DNA of 64,000 nt from an uncultured Gemmatimonadales bacterium (lineage in GTDB: Bacteria; Gemmatimonadota; Gemmatimonadetes; Gemmatimonadales; GWC2-71-9). Positions 32,124 through 45,912 of the stretch are shown here, one piece after another. A program made the translations under genes and the position numbers. Below the pieces are notes generated by a model that was given only the letters and a program-made list of their open reading frames with translations, had not been told where the DNA came from and made no database searches. The stretch's first letter is position 1, and every line of letters begins with the position of its first letter. Where the stretch lies: assembly GCA_963739455.1 (NCBI GenBank), contig CAVUAK010000002.1, forward strand, positions 416,001-480,000, given 5' to 3'.

Positions 32124-32139
32124 AGCAAGATCAGCGCCA
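32124..32139 (-). promoter_or_regulatory. sigma54 (-24/-12) promoter of the LysM gene
   Basis: Minus strand TGGCGCTGATCTTGCT versus consensus TGGCAC-N5-TTGCW. Confidence 0.7.
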
Positions 32140-32165
32140 CGGATTGCAGCCGACATGGCCTGCCA

Positions 32166-32190
32166 CAAGTTATTGATTTTCAACAAGTTG
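32166..32190. promoter_or_regulatory. Two inverted IHF-like sites
   Basis: CAAGTTATTGATT is the exact reverse complement of WATCAANNNNTTR; TTTCAACAAGTTG has one mismatch. Confidence 0.55.
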
Positions 32191-32269
32191 CCTGAACGCA
32201 ACCGCGCCGGCAACACCCCAGGTGGGTGTGGCCGGCGCAGAGTCATGCATGGCGTCTGGGCGTCCTGCC

Positions 32270-32752
32270 TCAGAATGGAAGGTCGTCGTCAGCGCTGTCC
32301 AATGCATCGGGGAAGTCATCGAAAGACTCTTCCTTGCCCTTGGCGCCACCGGCCGGAGCGCCGGCAGCGGCCTTGGCGGGGGCAAAGCTCTCAGCTCCCT
32401 GTCCACCACGGCCCCCGAGCAGGATCAACTCGTTGCCCCTGATTTCCGTGGTGTACCGCGTCTGGCCTTCCTTGTCCTGCCAGGAGCGATACTCGATGCT
32501 GCCCTCGACGAAGATCTTTTCGCCCTTGCGGCAGTACTTCTCGGCGATGTCGGCAAGCTTGGCATAGTTCGAGTTCCAGAAGATGACGCGATGCCATTCC
32601 GTCTTCTCCTGCATCTGCCCGTCCTGCCCCTTCCACTGCCTGCTGGTTGCAACCGAGAGCGTGGCCACGCGGCCGCCGTTCTGGGTGCTGCGAACTTCGG
32701 GGTCCGCCCCGAGGTTGCCGATCAGGGTGACCTTGTTGAGACTGCGGCTCAC
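32270..32752 (-). CDS. ssb: Single-stranded DNA-binding protein
   Basis: SLNKVTLIGNLGADPE, EKTEWHRV, C-terminal DDDLPF; GTG start after GGAGG. Confidence 0.97.
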   Translation of the reverse strand: MSRSLNKVTLIGNLGADPEVRSTQNGGRVATLSVATSRQWKGQDGQMQEKTEWHRVIFWNSNYAKLADIAEKYCRKGEKIFVEGSIEYRSWQDKEGQTRYTTEIRGNELILLGGRGGQGAESFAPAKAAAGAPAGGAKGKEESFDDFPDALDSADDDLPF

Positions 32753-32857
32753 GGGTGCCTCCACGGTACAAGAGTTCGAGCAACACGGTGGACGTCACCC
32801 ATGGTATCGTCAGGGCCCGTCCGAGAATTCATCAATTTGCCGCCAGGGCGACCGAAG

Positions 32858-33358
32858 CTACGCCAGCCCCACGAAGCCCAGCCGCAACACCAGCGCATCC
32901 TCGCGTGGATTCCGGTAGTAGTCGGATCGCACGCCCACCGGACGGAAGCCCGACGCCCGGTACAACTCTATGGCCGCTGAGTTCGAGGCGCGGACCTCGA
33001 GGAACACTTCCTCAGCACCGCGCTCACCGAGCGTCCTGAGTCCCTCGCGCAGCAACGCACTCGCAATACCGGTTCGTCGCTGATCCGGGTCGACGGCGAG
33101 GTTCAGTACCTCACCCGACCCGGCGACGTCCCTGCCGATAAGATAGCCCGCGATCCTGCCGGCGTCGTCGGCGACGAGGCCGAAGGTCCATGGCGTCTCC
33201 AGGGCCTCGCGAAACGAGGACTCCGCCCAGGGATCACCGAAGCAGGCGCGCTCGAGTGCCACAAGCGCCGACGCATCAGCCGCCACCGCCCGACGAATGC
33301 GGTAGGGTGCGCCCGTGTCGGGCTTCCCAGAGGGCCTGGGCTTCTGCGGGACGGCCAT
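32858..33358 (-). CDS. rimI: Ribosomal-protein-alanine N-acetyltransferase
   Basis: DPW, NLAVDP..RRTGIA, FLEVRASNSAAIELY, YYRNPREDA; start uncertain. Confidence 0.9.
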   Translation of the reverse strand: MAVPQKPRPSGKPDTGAPYRIRRAVAADASALVALERACFGDPWAESSFREALETPWTFGLVADDAGRIAGYLIGRDVAGSGEVLNLAVDPDQRRTGIASALLREGLRTLGERGAEEVFLEVRASNSAAIELYRASGFRPVGVRSDYYRNPREDALVLRLGFVGLA

Positions 33359-33983
33359 AGTCCGGTTCCCATGCAAGCGGATCGGCGACGCGACGCGCGC
33401 CGCCGGGTCGGCCGACGAGGTCGAGCATCACGCGCGCATCCACCTGATGCGCGAGGTCAAGATACGGTGCCCAGTCGGCGAATAGTGCCGCCGTGGCCAC
33501 GGGCAGGAGTCCCACTACCGCATCGGGCCGCGGAAGCGCCGCCCGGAGGCTCGCGGGCGTCCTGGCCTCGGGCGGCAGGATGGTCTCGATGCCGTCTGGC
33601 AGCCAGAGCCATGCACCGGCGTAGCATTGCCCGCGCAGCGCGTCCGACACGCCCACCGTGATACGGCCCGGTCCGGATCCTGTCACGGCCTGCGTGAGTA
33701 GCGATGGTACCACCCAGAACTCCACCTCGCTCGCCGTCACCAGGGCCTTGCCCACCGCCGCACCCACCCTGAGCCCGGTGAAGCTACCGGGGCCATCAGC
33801 GATGACAACCGACGTGATGGCGTCCCGGGTCACACCGGCCCGCGCGAGCAGGCGATCGACGACCGGAAGGAGCGCCGCGGCATGCTGCCGGGCGCCCTCG
33901 ACCACCTCATGCAGCGCACTGGAAGCCGTGCGACCCAGTGCCACCGACAGCCGGCTCGTCGCGGTGTCGATCGCGAGTCGCAT
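33276..33983 (-). CDS. tsaB: tRNA t6A biosynthesis TsaB
   Basis: LAIDTAT, GPGSFTGLRVG, DALRGQCY. Confidence 0.92.
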   Translation of the reverse strand: MRLAIDTATSRLSVALGRTASSALHEVVEGARQHAAALLPVVDRLLARAGVTRDAITSVVIADGPGSFTGLRVGAAVGKALVTASEVEFWVVPSLLTQAVTGSGPGRITVGVSDALRGQCYAGAWLWLPDGIETILPPEARTPASLRAALPRPDAVVGLLPVATAALFADWAPYLDLAHQVDARVMLDLVGRPGGARRVADPLAWEPDYGRPAEAQALWEARHGRTLPHSSGGGG

Positions 33984-34390
33984 CAGCCGAGTTCCAGACC
34001 ACGCACCGAGGGATCCGAAAGGTGTGACAGCCGCACCCGGACGGTGGCAGGCGGTGCCCAGCCGATGGCATGCTCCGGCCACTCAATGAGCAGCGCGTCA
34101 CCATCCGCGGCAAGTCCCTCCCAGTCTACATCGGCCGACTCGTCGGGTTGCTGGAGACGGTAGCAATCGAGGTGGAAGACCGGCCCGCGCCGCCCGGCAT
34201 AGCGATGCACCAGCGCGTACGTCGGGCTGGTCGTGGCCTCGGCGACGCCCAGTCCCCGGGCAATTGCGCGCACCATCGTGGTCTTCCCGGCACCCAGTTC
34301 GCCCTGCAGGTGGACCACGGCGCCCGGATTGAGTGCCCGTCCGATGCGCTCTCCCTCGGCGGCCAGCTCAGCCTCGGTCAGCGTCCGCAT
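33983..34390 (-). CDS. tsaE: tRNA t6A biosynthesis ATPase TsaE
   Basis: GELGAGKTT, SPTYALV, HLDCYRL, IEWPE. Confidence 0.95.
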   Translation of the reverse strand: MRTLTEAELAAEGERIGRALNPGAVVHLQGELGAGKTTMVRAIARGLGVAEATTSPTYALVHRYAGRRGPVFHLDCYRLQQPDESADVDWEGLAADGDALLIEWPEHAIGWAPPATVRVRLSHLSDPSVRGLELG

Positions 34391-36457
34391 CAGCGCCGAC
34401 CACGCCGCTGGCGGACTGCCGTACCTCCACCACCACCACGCCGAACATTGGGCGCCCCCATGGCCCGGAGCTCGTTCAGCTGATCACGCAGCAGCGCCGC
34501 CTCCTCGAACTCGAGGTTGGCTGACGCCTCACGCATGCGTCGCTCGAGCTGCTCCATGAACTTCTCGCGCTGCTTCGGGATCATGCGGATCGACATACAT
34601 CTCGGTGCGCCCCGGCTCGGGCTTCACCCGCTCGGTGCGCGCGTCGGCCACGTGCGTCGACAGGCGCACCTCTTCCAGCGACTTCACGATCGACTGCGGC
34701 GTGATGTTGTGCTCGATGTTGTACGCCCGCTGGATGGCACGCCGCCGGTCCATTTCCGCCAGGGCGCGCTGCATCGACCCGGTGATCCGGTCGGCGTACA
34801 GGATGCCGCGGCCGTGCACATTGCGCGCGGCACGACCGATCGTCTGCACCAGGGAACGATCCGAGCGCAGGAAGCCTTCCTGGTCGGCATCGAGGATCGC
34901 GACCAGCGACACTTCGGGCAGGTCGAGTCCCTCGCGCAGCAGGTTGATCCCCACCAGCACGTCGAAATCGCCGAGCCGGAGGCCACGAAGGATCTCCATG
35001 CGCTCGATGGCATCGATGTCGGAGTGGAGGTACCGCACCCGCACGCCGGCCTGCTGCAGGTAGTCGGTGAGGTCCTCGGACATCCGCTTGGTGAGCGTGG
35101 TGACGAGCACACGCTCCTGCGCCCTGACCCGCTCGCGGATCTCGTGGAGCAGGTCGTCCACCTGGCCCTTCACCGGGCGGATTTCGACCTCGGGGTCGAC
35201 CAGCCCCGTGGGCCGGATGATCTGCTCCACGATGACGCCGCCCGACAGGCGCAGCTCCTGGTCGCCCGGAGTCGCAGAGACGTTGATCATCTGGGGCACG
35301 AGCCCCATGAACTCGTCGAACTGCAGCGGACGGTTGTCGAGTGCCGACGGGCAGCCGGAAGCCATACTCGACCAGCGTCGTCTTTCGCGCACGGTCGCCG
35401 TTGAACATGCCGCCGATCTGCGGCAGCGATACGTGCGACTCGTCCACGATGACGAGGTAGTCCTCGGGGAAGTAGTCGAGGAGGCAGGCCGGCCGTTCGC
35501 CGGGCAGCCGTCCGGTGAGGTGCCGCGAGTAATTCTCGATGCCGGCGCAGGTGCCCACCTCGAGCAGCATCTCGATGTCAAAGCTGGTGCGCGACTCGAG
35601 CCGCTGTGCCTCGAGCAGCTTGCCGGCCGTCTTGAGCTCGAGCAGCCGCTCGGCCAGTTCGGCCCGGATTGCCTTCACGGCGCGCTCGACGGTGGCCCGC
35701 TGGGTGACGAAGTGCTTGGCCGGATAGATGGCGCACTGGTCGAGCACCGCGATGGTGTTGCCGGTGAGCGGATCGATGCGGCTGATACGCTCCACGGTGT
35801 CGCCCCACAGCTCGATGCGATACGCCTGCTCCATGTAGGCCGGGTGGATCTCGATCGAGTCGCCGCGGACACGGAAGGTGCCCTGCTCGAACGCGGCGTC
35901 GTTCCGGCCGTACTGGATGCGCACCAGGTCGGCGAGGATCGCGTCGCGCCCGCGATCCTCCCCGGTCTTCACCGTGACCATCAGGCGTCGGTACTCCACC
36001 GGGTCACCGAGGCCGTAGATCGCGCTCACCGTCGCCACGATCACGACGTCGTCCCGCTCCATCAGGCTCGAGGTGGCGCGAAGCCGCAGCGCCTCGATGT
36101 CCTGGTTGATCGACGCGTCCTTCTCGATGTATACGTCGGTGGCCGGGACATACGCTTCGGGCTGGTAGTAGTCGTAGTACGAGACGAAGTACTCGACGGC
36201 ATTGGCCGGCAGGAACTGCCGGAGCTCGCCGTACAGCTGCGCCGCAAGCGTCTTGTTGTGGGAGAGGACGAGCGTCGGCTTGCCGTAGTCGGCGACAGCA
36301 TGTGCGCCAGCGTCAGCGTCTTGCCCGATCCGGTGACGCCGAGCAGCGTCTGGTACTTGTCCCCGCGCACGAGGCCCGCCGTCAGTTCGACGATGGCCTT
36401 GGGCTGGTCTCCTGCGGGCTCGAATGGGGCAACAACCTGAAAGGCGGTACGAGGCAT
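34390..36457 (-). CDS. uvrB: Excinuclease ABC subunit B, frameshifts near 36300, 35355 and 34590
   Basis: [53 protein letters not shown] domain [11 protein letters not shown]. Confidence 0.95.
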
Positions 36458-36463
36458 GGACGG

Positions 36464-36491
36464 AAGATAACGAGATTCGGCATTTGTTCGG
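36464..36491 (-). promoter_or_regulatory. uvrB promoter: -10 TATCTT 6 nt before ATG plus direct-repeat operator
   Basis: Plus strand TTCGG-CATTTG-TTCGG at 36476-36491; AAGATA at 36464-36469. Confidence 0.6.
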
Positions 36492-36499
36492 TAGTGGTC

Positions 36500-36904
36500 T
36501 CAGGCTCCCATCTTGAGGAGGCGGGCCCAGAGTGGCGCCGGGACCGGGACCACCGACAGGCGGCCCTGCCGCACCAGGGCCAATTCGGCAAACGCCGGGT
36601 CGGCCTTGATCTCCTTCAGCGTCACCGGCGACCTGAGCGGCTTCCCCGCCTCGAGATCCACCACCACCAGCCTCGGGTCGTCCTGCTTCGGGTCCGGGTA
36701 TGCCGCCTTCACCACGCGCGCGTGGCCCACCGCGGCCTTCTCGTCGCCAGTGTGATAGATCAGGACGTCATCACCCACCGCCATCTCGCGCAGGTGCTTG
36801 AGCGCAACGGGGTTCGCGACGCCGTCCCAGACGGCGCGACCGGCCTTCTGCAGGTCGGCAAAGGAATACGTCGACGGCTCGGTCTTGAGGATCCAGTAGG
36901 CCAT
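36500..36904 (-). CDS. EVE domain protein
   Basis: [31 protein letters not shown]. Confidence 0.92.
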   Translation of the reverse strand: MAYWILKTEPSTYSFADLQKAGRAVWDGVANPVALKHLREMAVGDDVLIYHTGDEKAAVGHARVVKAAYPDPKQDDPRLVVVDLEAGKPLRSPVTLKEIKADPAFAELALVRQGRLSVVPVPAPLWARLLKMGA

Positions 36905-36906
36905 GG

Positions 36907-39097
36907 CTAGCCGGTCGACTTCGAGGCGCCAGGCTGGCCTTCCTCGTGACGGTCGACCTGCTGCACGCCCTTCACCCTTCGCATGGCCTTCATGACCTTC
37001 TCGAGGTGGGGGAGGTTGTCCACCTCGATGAAGACGTTGCCGAACACCGCGCCGTCCCTGGTGTTGATGTCGGCGGCCTTGATGTTGGTGCCGGATGCGC
37101 TCACGGCCTGCATCAGGTCGGCATAGAGACCGCGCCGGTCATTGCCGTTGACGTCGAGGCGCACCACGAACGACTCGCCGGTCGTCTCGTGCCAGTCGAT
37201 TTCCACCCGGCGGTCGTCGGCCGACAGGGTGAGGAGGTTGGGACAGTCGAACCGGTGAATCGAGATGCCCCTGCCCTGGGTCACGTAGCCCACCACCTTG
37301 TCGCCCGGCACCGGCTGGCAGCATTGGGCGTACCGCACCATGAGGCCGTCGACGCCCTGGATCTTGATGCCACGTCCCAGGCGGATCCGGTCGATGACCC
37401 GGCCGAACACCGTCGGCTTCGGCTCCTGCAGTTCCTCCATGGGCGCGTCGGGAAAGAGCGCCCGCACCACCTGGCCGATGGCCACGTCGCCCCGGCCGAT
37501 CGCGATCGTGAGGCCACGGGCGTCAGCGAGCGACAGGGCGGCCGCCGCGCGCTCCATTCGGGCCTCGTCGGCGCCGGTCAGCCGGCGCTTCTTGAGCTCC
37601 CGTTCGAGGATCTCCTGGCCCAGCTGCAGGCTGACCGTTTCCTCTTCGTGCTTGATCCACTGCTTGATCTTGTGGCGCGCGCGCGCCGTGCGCACATGGT
37701 TGAGCCAGTCGCGGCTCGGCTTGGCCGACGGACCAGTCAGGATCTCGACCGTGTCGCCGTTCTTGAGCTCCCGGTGCAGCGGCGCGATCCGGCCGTTGAT
37801 CTTGGCCCCCTGGCACTTCTCGCCGACCTTGGTGTGCACGTGGTAGGCGAAGTCGATCGGCGTCGCTCCCTTGGGCAGCTGCTTCACGTCGCCCTGCGGG
37901 GTGAAGACGAAGATCTCGTCCTGGTACAGGTCCACCTTGAGGAACTCGAGGAATTCCTCGGGACTGTGGGTGTCCTGCTGCAGCTCGAGGAGCTGGCGGA
38001 ACCATCCGAGATGCTCGGCGACCTCGTCGGTGCTCCCGTCGGTCTTGTAGATCCAGTGGGCCGCGATCCCGTACTCGGCCGTGCGATGCATCTCCTGGGT
38101 GCGGATCTGCACCTCGAAGAGCTGGCCGCCCGGGCCGAAGATGGTGGTGTGCAGCGACTGGTAGCCGTTCGACTTGGGACTCGCGATGTAGTCCTTGATC
38201 CGTTCCTGCAGCGGCGTCCAGTTGTGGTGGATGATGCCGAGCGCGTGGTAGCACTCGGGCACCGACTTCACGATGACGCGCAGCGCCATCAGGTCGTAGA
38301 TCTCGTCGAAGCCCTTGTTGCGGCGCTTCATCTTCTGGAAGATCGACCAGAGGTGCTTCGGCCGGCCGGTGATGTCGAAACTCTCGATGGCCGCGCGCCG
38401 CAGCTCGTACTCCAGCGGCGTGCGCAGCTTGACGATCATCTGCTCCCGCGCCGCCTTCTTGGCCGCCACCTGGACCACCAGGGCGCGGAAATCTTCCGGC
38501 TCGAGGAACTTGAACGCCAGGTCCTCGAGCTCCGCCTTGATGCGCGCCATGCCGAAGCGGTGCGCCAGCGGGGCGTAGATCTCGCGCGTCTCGAGGGCGA
38601 TCCGCTGGCGCTTCTCGGCGTTGAGCGGTTCCAGGGTGCGCATGTTGTGCAGCCGGTCGCACAACTTGATGATGATGACCCGCGCGTCCTTGGCGATCGA
38701 GAGCAGCAGCTTGCGGTAGTTCTCGACCTGCTCCTCCGCGGACGACCGGAAGGTCAGGTGGGAGATCTTCGTGAGGCCGTCCACGATGCCCGGCGATCTC
38801 GGTACCGAACTCGCGGGCGATATCCTCCACCCGGACGTCGGAGTCCTCGACGACATCGTGCAGCAGGGCGGCGGCGATGGACGTGGTGTCGAGCAGCTGC
38901 TCGGCCAGGATCTGTGCCACCGCGATGCTGTGCGAAATGAAGTCCTCGCCCGACATGCGCTTCTGGCCCCGGTGGGCGGCCGCGCTGAAGCGGAGCGCAC
39001 GGTCGAGCAGCTCGAGGTCGAGCCGGTCGCGGTGCGGCTCCAGCAAGCGCCGAAGTTCCGGCGATGCGTCGGCGAGGTCAGGACGGGTGACAGTCAT
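36907..39097 (-). CDS. relA: Bifunctional (p)ppGpp synthase/hydrolase, frameshift near 38790
   Basis: HRGQKRMSGE, LLHDVVED; DRLHNMRTL, APLAHRFG, NGYQSLHT, EVQIRT, TGS, CCQPVPGD, ACT domain. Confidence 0.95.
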
Positions 39098-39216
39098 CGA
39101 AACCTGGGCTTCGGGTACACAATCCCCACGATGTAGGATGCCGCAACACCGGGGCCGGTGCAAGTTGCGGCCGCCGTGTCCTGCTTCCCCCCGGTTTTCC
39201 GCGTATCGTAGGCAGG

Positions 39217-39858
39217 ATGCCGATACTCTTCCGAGGTTCCCCTGCGCTGGCAGGCTTGGCCGCGCCTGCGTGGCGTGCATCCGTCAGCTGGCTTGCGTGC
39301 AGCATGCTCACGGGATGCACCGGGCTGGGGATGTGGCTCTATGAGGATCCGCGTATCAACCTTGTGGAGATCAGTATGGCTGGCGACACCGGCAAGGCGG
39401 AGCTGCAGTTCGTGCTTTCCGGCTGTAACACCAACGATTTCGACCTGCAGGTGGACAGCCTGGAGATGCTTCTTGTGGTCGCTGGGCACTCGGAGGAGGA
39501 GGCTCAGGACGCCAATAGCCTGGTGCTTCCCTCGCGCGCCTCAATTGCCCTGCCCGTCCGGCTGCACGCCGCCGCGCCAGATTCAACCAGCGGGATGACC
39601 CAGTTGCCGTTCACTGTCACGGCCAAGGGCAAGGTGCTTTCTCCAACGGGACCGCGATACGTCACGGGAAGCGAGAGTGGCGTGCTGACAATGACGAACG
39701 GCAAGCCGGCCGGCTGGAAGCTGAAGGGGAATTCAACGGAGTGCCATCCGGGCGGGTCCAAGCTTCCCCCTGCGGCGGGACGCGGTGCCCCGATCGTCTC
39801 GGAAAGCCCCGCGCCCCCACCCGCCCCGCCTCCCACCAGGACCTCGTACGGGAAGTAG
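39217..39858 (+). CDS. Putative lipoprotein, LEA_2/WHy-like
   Basis: Lipobox LTGC, NTNDFDLQV resembling the LEA_2 NPN motif, Pro-rich tail. Confidence 0.55.
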   Translation: MPILFRGSPALAGLAAPAWRASVSWLACSMLTGCTGLGMWLYEDPRINLVEISMAGDTGKAELQFVLSGCNTNDFDLQVDSLEMLLVVAGHSEEEAQDANSLVLPSRASIALPVRLHAAAPDSTSGMTQLPFTVTAKGKVLSPTGPRYVTGSESGVLTMTNGKPAGWKLKGNSTECHPGGSKLPPAAGRGAPIVSESPAPPPAPPPTRTSYGK

Positions 39859-39860
39859 GC

Positions 39861-40544
39861 TTAGAGCAGGCCTGACTGGGAGAACGAGAGCCAGCGATCG
39901 CCCGCGACGATGACGTGGTCGTACACCGGCAGGTCGAGCAGCTGACCAGCCGCCACCAGCTGCCGGGTCACGGCGCGGTCTTCTGCCGACGGCGTCGGGT
40001 CCCCGCTGGGGTGGTTGTGCACCACGATGATCCCCGCCGCAGCCTCGGCGATGGCGGGCCGGAAGACTTCCCGGGGGTGCACCAGCGAACTGTTCAGGAT
40101 GCCGCGCGTGATCAGCACCTCCCTCAGCACCTGGGACTGGGTGTCGAGGGCAAGCAGGTGGAACTCCTCGACACTGAGGTCGCGCAGGCGCGGGGCGAAG
40201 ATGCGGACCACGTCCTCGGGCTCGCGGATCCGAACGACCGGCGGGCGCTCTTCCTGCGCGAGCCGCAGCCCGAGCTCGAATGCCGCGAGCAGGCGGGCCG
40301 CCTTGGTTGGACCGATGCCGCCTTGCCGCTGCCACTCGGACGCGGGACGCGCGGCCAGGCGGCGCAGGGATCCGCCGGTGCTTGCCAGCAGTGATTGCGA
40401 TGTCGTCAGGACATCATCGAGTCGGGTACCGGTGCCCAGCATGATGGCCACGAGCTCCGGTGTCGCGAGCGCGGCCGCGCCCAGCGCCCAGAGGCGCTCC
40501 CGCGGACGATCGGCGGTGCGGAGGGACTCAAGAACCGCAGGCAT
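39861..40544 (-). CDS. radC: RadC (JAB domain) protein
   Basis: RPRERL, GIGPTKA, VHPREVF, VHNHPSGDPTPSAED, DHVIV. Confidence 0.95.
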   Translation of the reverse strand: MPAVLESLRTADRPRERLWALGAAALATPELVAIMLGTGTRLDDVLTTSQSLLASTGGSLRRLAARPASEWQRQGGIGPTKAARLLAAFELGLRLAQEERPPVVRIREPEDVVRIFAPRLRDLSVEEFHLLALDTQSQVLREVLITRGILNSSLVHPREVFRPAIAEAAAGIIVVHNHPSGDPTPSAEDRAVTRQLVAAGQLLDLPVYDHVIVAGDRWLSFSQSGLL

Positions 40545-40666
40545 TGGACACAATACTGCGCCGTGGCGCCGTCGACGTATCCGGATAGCGCCGGCAGGCG
40601 CGAACGACCGGCGCGTGTAACTTTCGGAAGAGTTCCCTGCCGACATGCCTAACTGAGCGGAGCCTA

Positions 40667-41392
40667 ATGTCGAAGCGCAACATCATCATCGGCCTCATCG
40701 TGCTCTGGCTGGCCACGGCGTATTTCGCCCTGCCCCTCATCTGGCGGCGGAAGGAAAAGGTGGCCGCGGCGGCCGCTCCCACCACGGGCGAGAAGCTGCC
40801 GCGCCACTCGGAGACCGCGAACGGCATTCCCGGTGACCCGATCAACCTCGTATTCGTCGGCACCAGGAATCAGGTAGTCGGTGCAATGCTCGCTGCGGGC
40901 TGGCACCCGGCGGACCCGATTACCCTCAAGAGCAGCCTCGAGATTGCCGCAGGCACCGTGTTCCATCGCTCCTATGACGATGCGCCAGTGAGCCCGCTCA
41001 TGCTCTGGGGCAAGAAGCAGGACCTGACGTTCGAGTTCCCGTTCGGCGAGGACCCGAGCGAGCGGCACCACATCCGCTTCTGGCTGGCGCCCGAGACGGA
41101 CTCGCAAGGCCGGACCCTGTGGGCTGCTGGCGCAACGTTCGACCGCTCGGTCGGCCTGAGCCACACGACGGGGCAGATCACCCACCATATCGCGCCGGGC
41201 ACTGACGCCGAGCGCGACAACGTACTCGAGGACCTCCGGAGGGCCGGCGCCGCGTCGGAAATTTCCTGGATCGATGGCTTCCAGCACGAGCGGACGGGAA
41301 AGAACGGCGGTGGGGATCCCTACTTCACTGACGGACGCCTCGTGATCGTGGTGGTGGGAGCGCCGGCCACGCCAGCGCCCGCGACGAAGTAA
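40667..41392 (+). CDS. LssY C-terminal domain protein
   Basis: N-terminal TM, GDPINLVFVG, RHHIRFW, ATFDRSVG, ITHHI..DAERD, YFTDG. Confidence 0.8.
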   Translation: MSKRNIIIGLIVLWLATAYFALPLIWRRKEKVAAAAAPTTGEKLPRHSETANGIPGDPINLVFVGTRNQVVGAMLAAGWHPADPITLKSSLEIAAGTVFHRSYDDAPVSPLMLWGKKQDLTFEFPFGEDPSERHHIRFWLAPETDSQGRTLWAAGATFDRSVGLSHTTGQITHHIAPGTDAERDNVLEDLRRAGAASEISWIDGFQHERTGKNGGGDPYFTDGRLVIVVVGAPATPAPATK

Positions 41393-41393
41393 G

Positions 41394-44539
<3,146 letters not shown>

Positions 44540-44543
<4 letters not shown>

Positions 44544-45126
44544 CCTGCTCCGTCCCGGTACAGCCCGCGCGCGGCAATGAACTCCGCCACCGCATCGGGC
44601 ACCCAATAGCGAATGGATTGGCCACGGCGCACACGCTCGCGAATTGCCGTGGAACTGATTTCGACCGCCGGCACCGAGATCACCTCGATACCGGGCGGCA
44701 ATACCTTCGCCTGTGTCCCCGGCACGCCCGAAGGCCACGACGCGCGCCAGCCGACTCACCTCGGGCGCTTCGTGCCAGCGCGGCAGTCCCGTCGCCGCAT
44801 CGCTGCCCACCAGCAGCACAAAACTGGTGCCTGGTTCACGGGCGCGGAGCGCACGAAGCGTATCGACCGTGTACGAAGGCCCGGCGCGATCCAGTTCGAT
44901 CCGCTCGAGGCGCATGCCCGCCGTCTCCCCGATGGCGCGTTCCACCATGGCGGCGCGATCCTCGGCGCTCGCCGCGTGCTCGCCCAGCCTTGAACGGCTG
45001 TTCCCGCGCCGGCACAAACCGGACTTCGCCCAGTGCCAGGACCTCGGCGGCGGCCTGCGCCACCAGCAGGTGGCCATGGTGGATCGGGTCGAACGATCCG
45101 CCGAACAGACCCACCACCCCGCTCAC
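44540..45126 (-). CDS. nadD: Nicotinate-nucleotide adenylyltransferase, two frameshifts
   Basis: [45 protein letters not shown]. Confidence 0.92.
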
Positions 45127-45912
45127 GACTTGCCCGTGCTATCCACTGGCAGCGGGCACAACTTGTTGATGTCGTGCGTGCTCGCATGGAACCGTCGAAT
45201 ATAACCGCACGTCTCCTTCACGTCCTCCTCGTAGTCCAGCGCCTTGTACGCCTTGACCAGTTGCACCAGCGCACTCGGGGCGATCGTGGACCGGGGGTAC
45301 GTGGCCACCACGTCCCGCAGGTACAGGATGGACGAGTCGTACGCCTTGATGCGGTAGTAGTACAGGCCGGTGCGATAACCCTTGTAGGCGAAATCGTCCT
45401 GCAACTCGTTGAGGCGCACCTGGCCCTGCAGCGCCGCCGGGGTGCCGGGGTAGCGGCTGACCAGTTCCTGGAACGTGGAGAGCGCGGTCTGCCCGTAGGT
45501 GGGATCGAGCTGCGGCTTGCGCCACAGCTTCGCGTAGGCATCGCCCGCGCGCAGAAGGGCCTGCGGCGCGAGCGGATCGGTCGGCGATTCGTCGGATACC
45601 CGGCGGAACTCGCGCACCGCCTGGAGTTCACTGCCCTCGACCGCCAGCACCTCGCCCAGCATGAAGTGCATGCGGGAAGTGCGGGGATCGCCCGGCTTCA
45701 TTTCGAGATTGAGCCGCTCGAGATCGGTTTGCGCCTCGCGCCACCAGCCGCGGCGGAACGCCAGTTCGGTCTTGGCCCAGAGGCGAGTCGATCGATGCAC
45801 CGGAAACCGCCGGGGCGGCGGGAGCACCCTTCGGGAGCGCACTCAAGTCGGGCTGCTTCTTGGAGCATGCGAGCGCCGTCGCCGCAAGCGCGCACAACAG
45901 GAGCTTCCTCAT
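45123..45912 (-). CDS. bamD: Outer-membrane assembly lipoprotein BamD, frameshift near 45790
   Basis: Lipobox ALAC; TPRs, LDPTY..ALSTFQELVSRYPGT, GLYYYR. Confidence 0.85.

Noticed and set aside
36500..36904. EVE protein as part of a modification-dependent defence system
   Set aside because: Stand-alone domain with no nuclease partner, in a housekeeping context.
39861..40544. radC as a mobile-element marker
   Set aside because: Full-length chromosomal type with N-terminal HhH region; no integrase, transposase or att-like repeats nearby.
40623..40637. TTCGG-AAGAG-TTCCC upstream of radC as a third SOS box
   Set aside because: Period is 10 rather than 11 and the second half-site is degenerate; no match was found upstream of ssb either.
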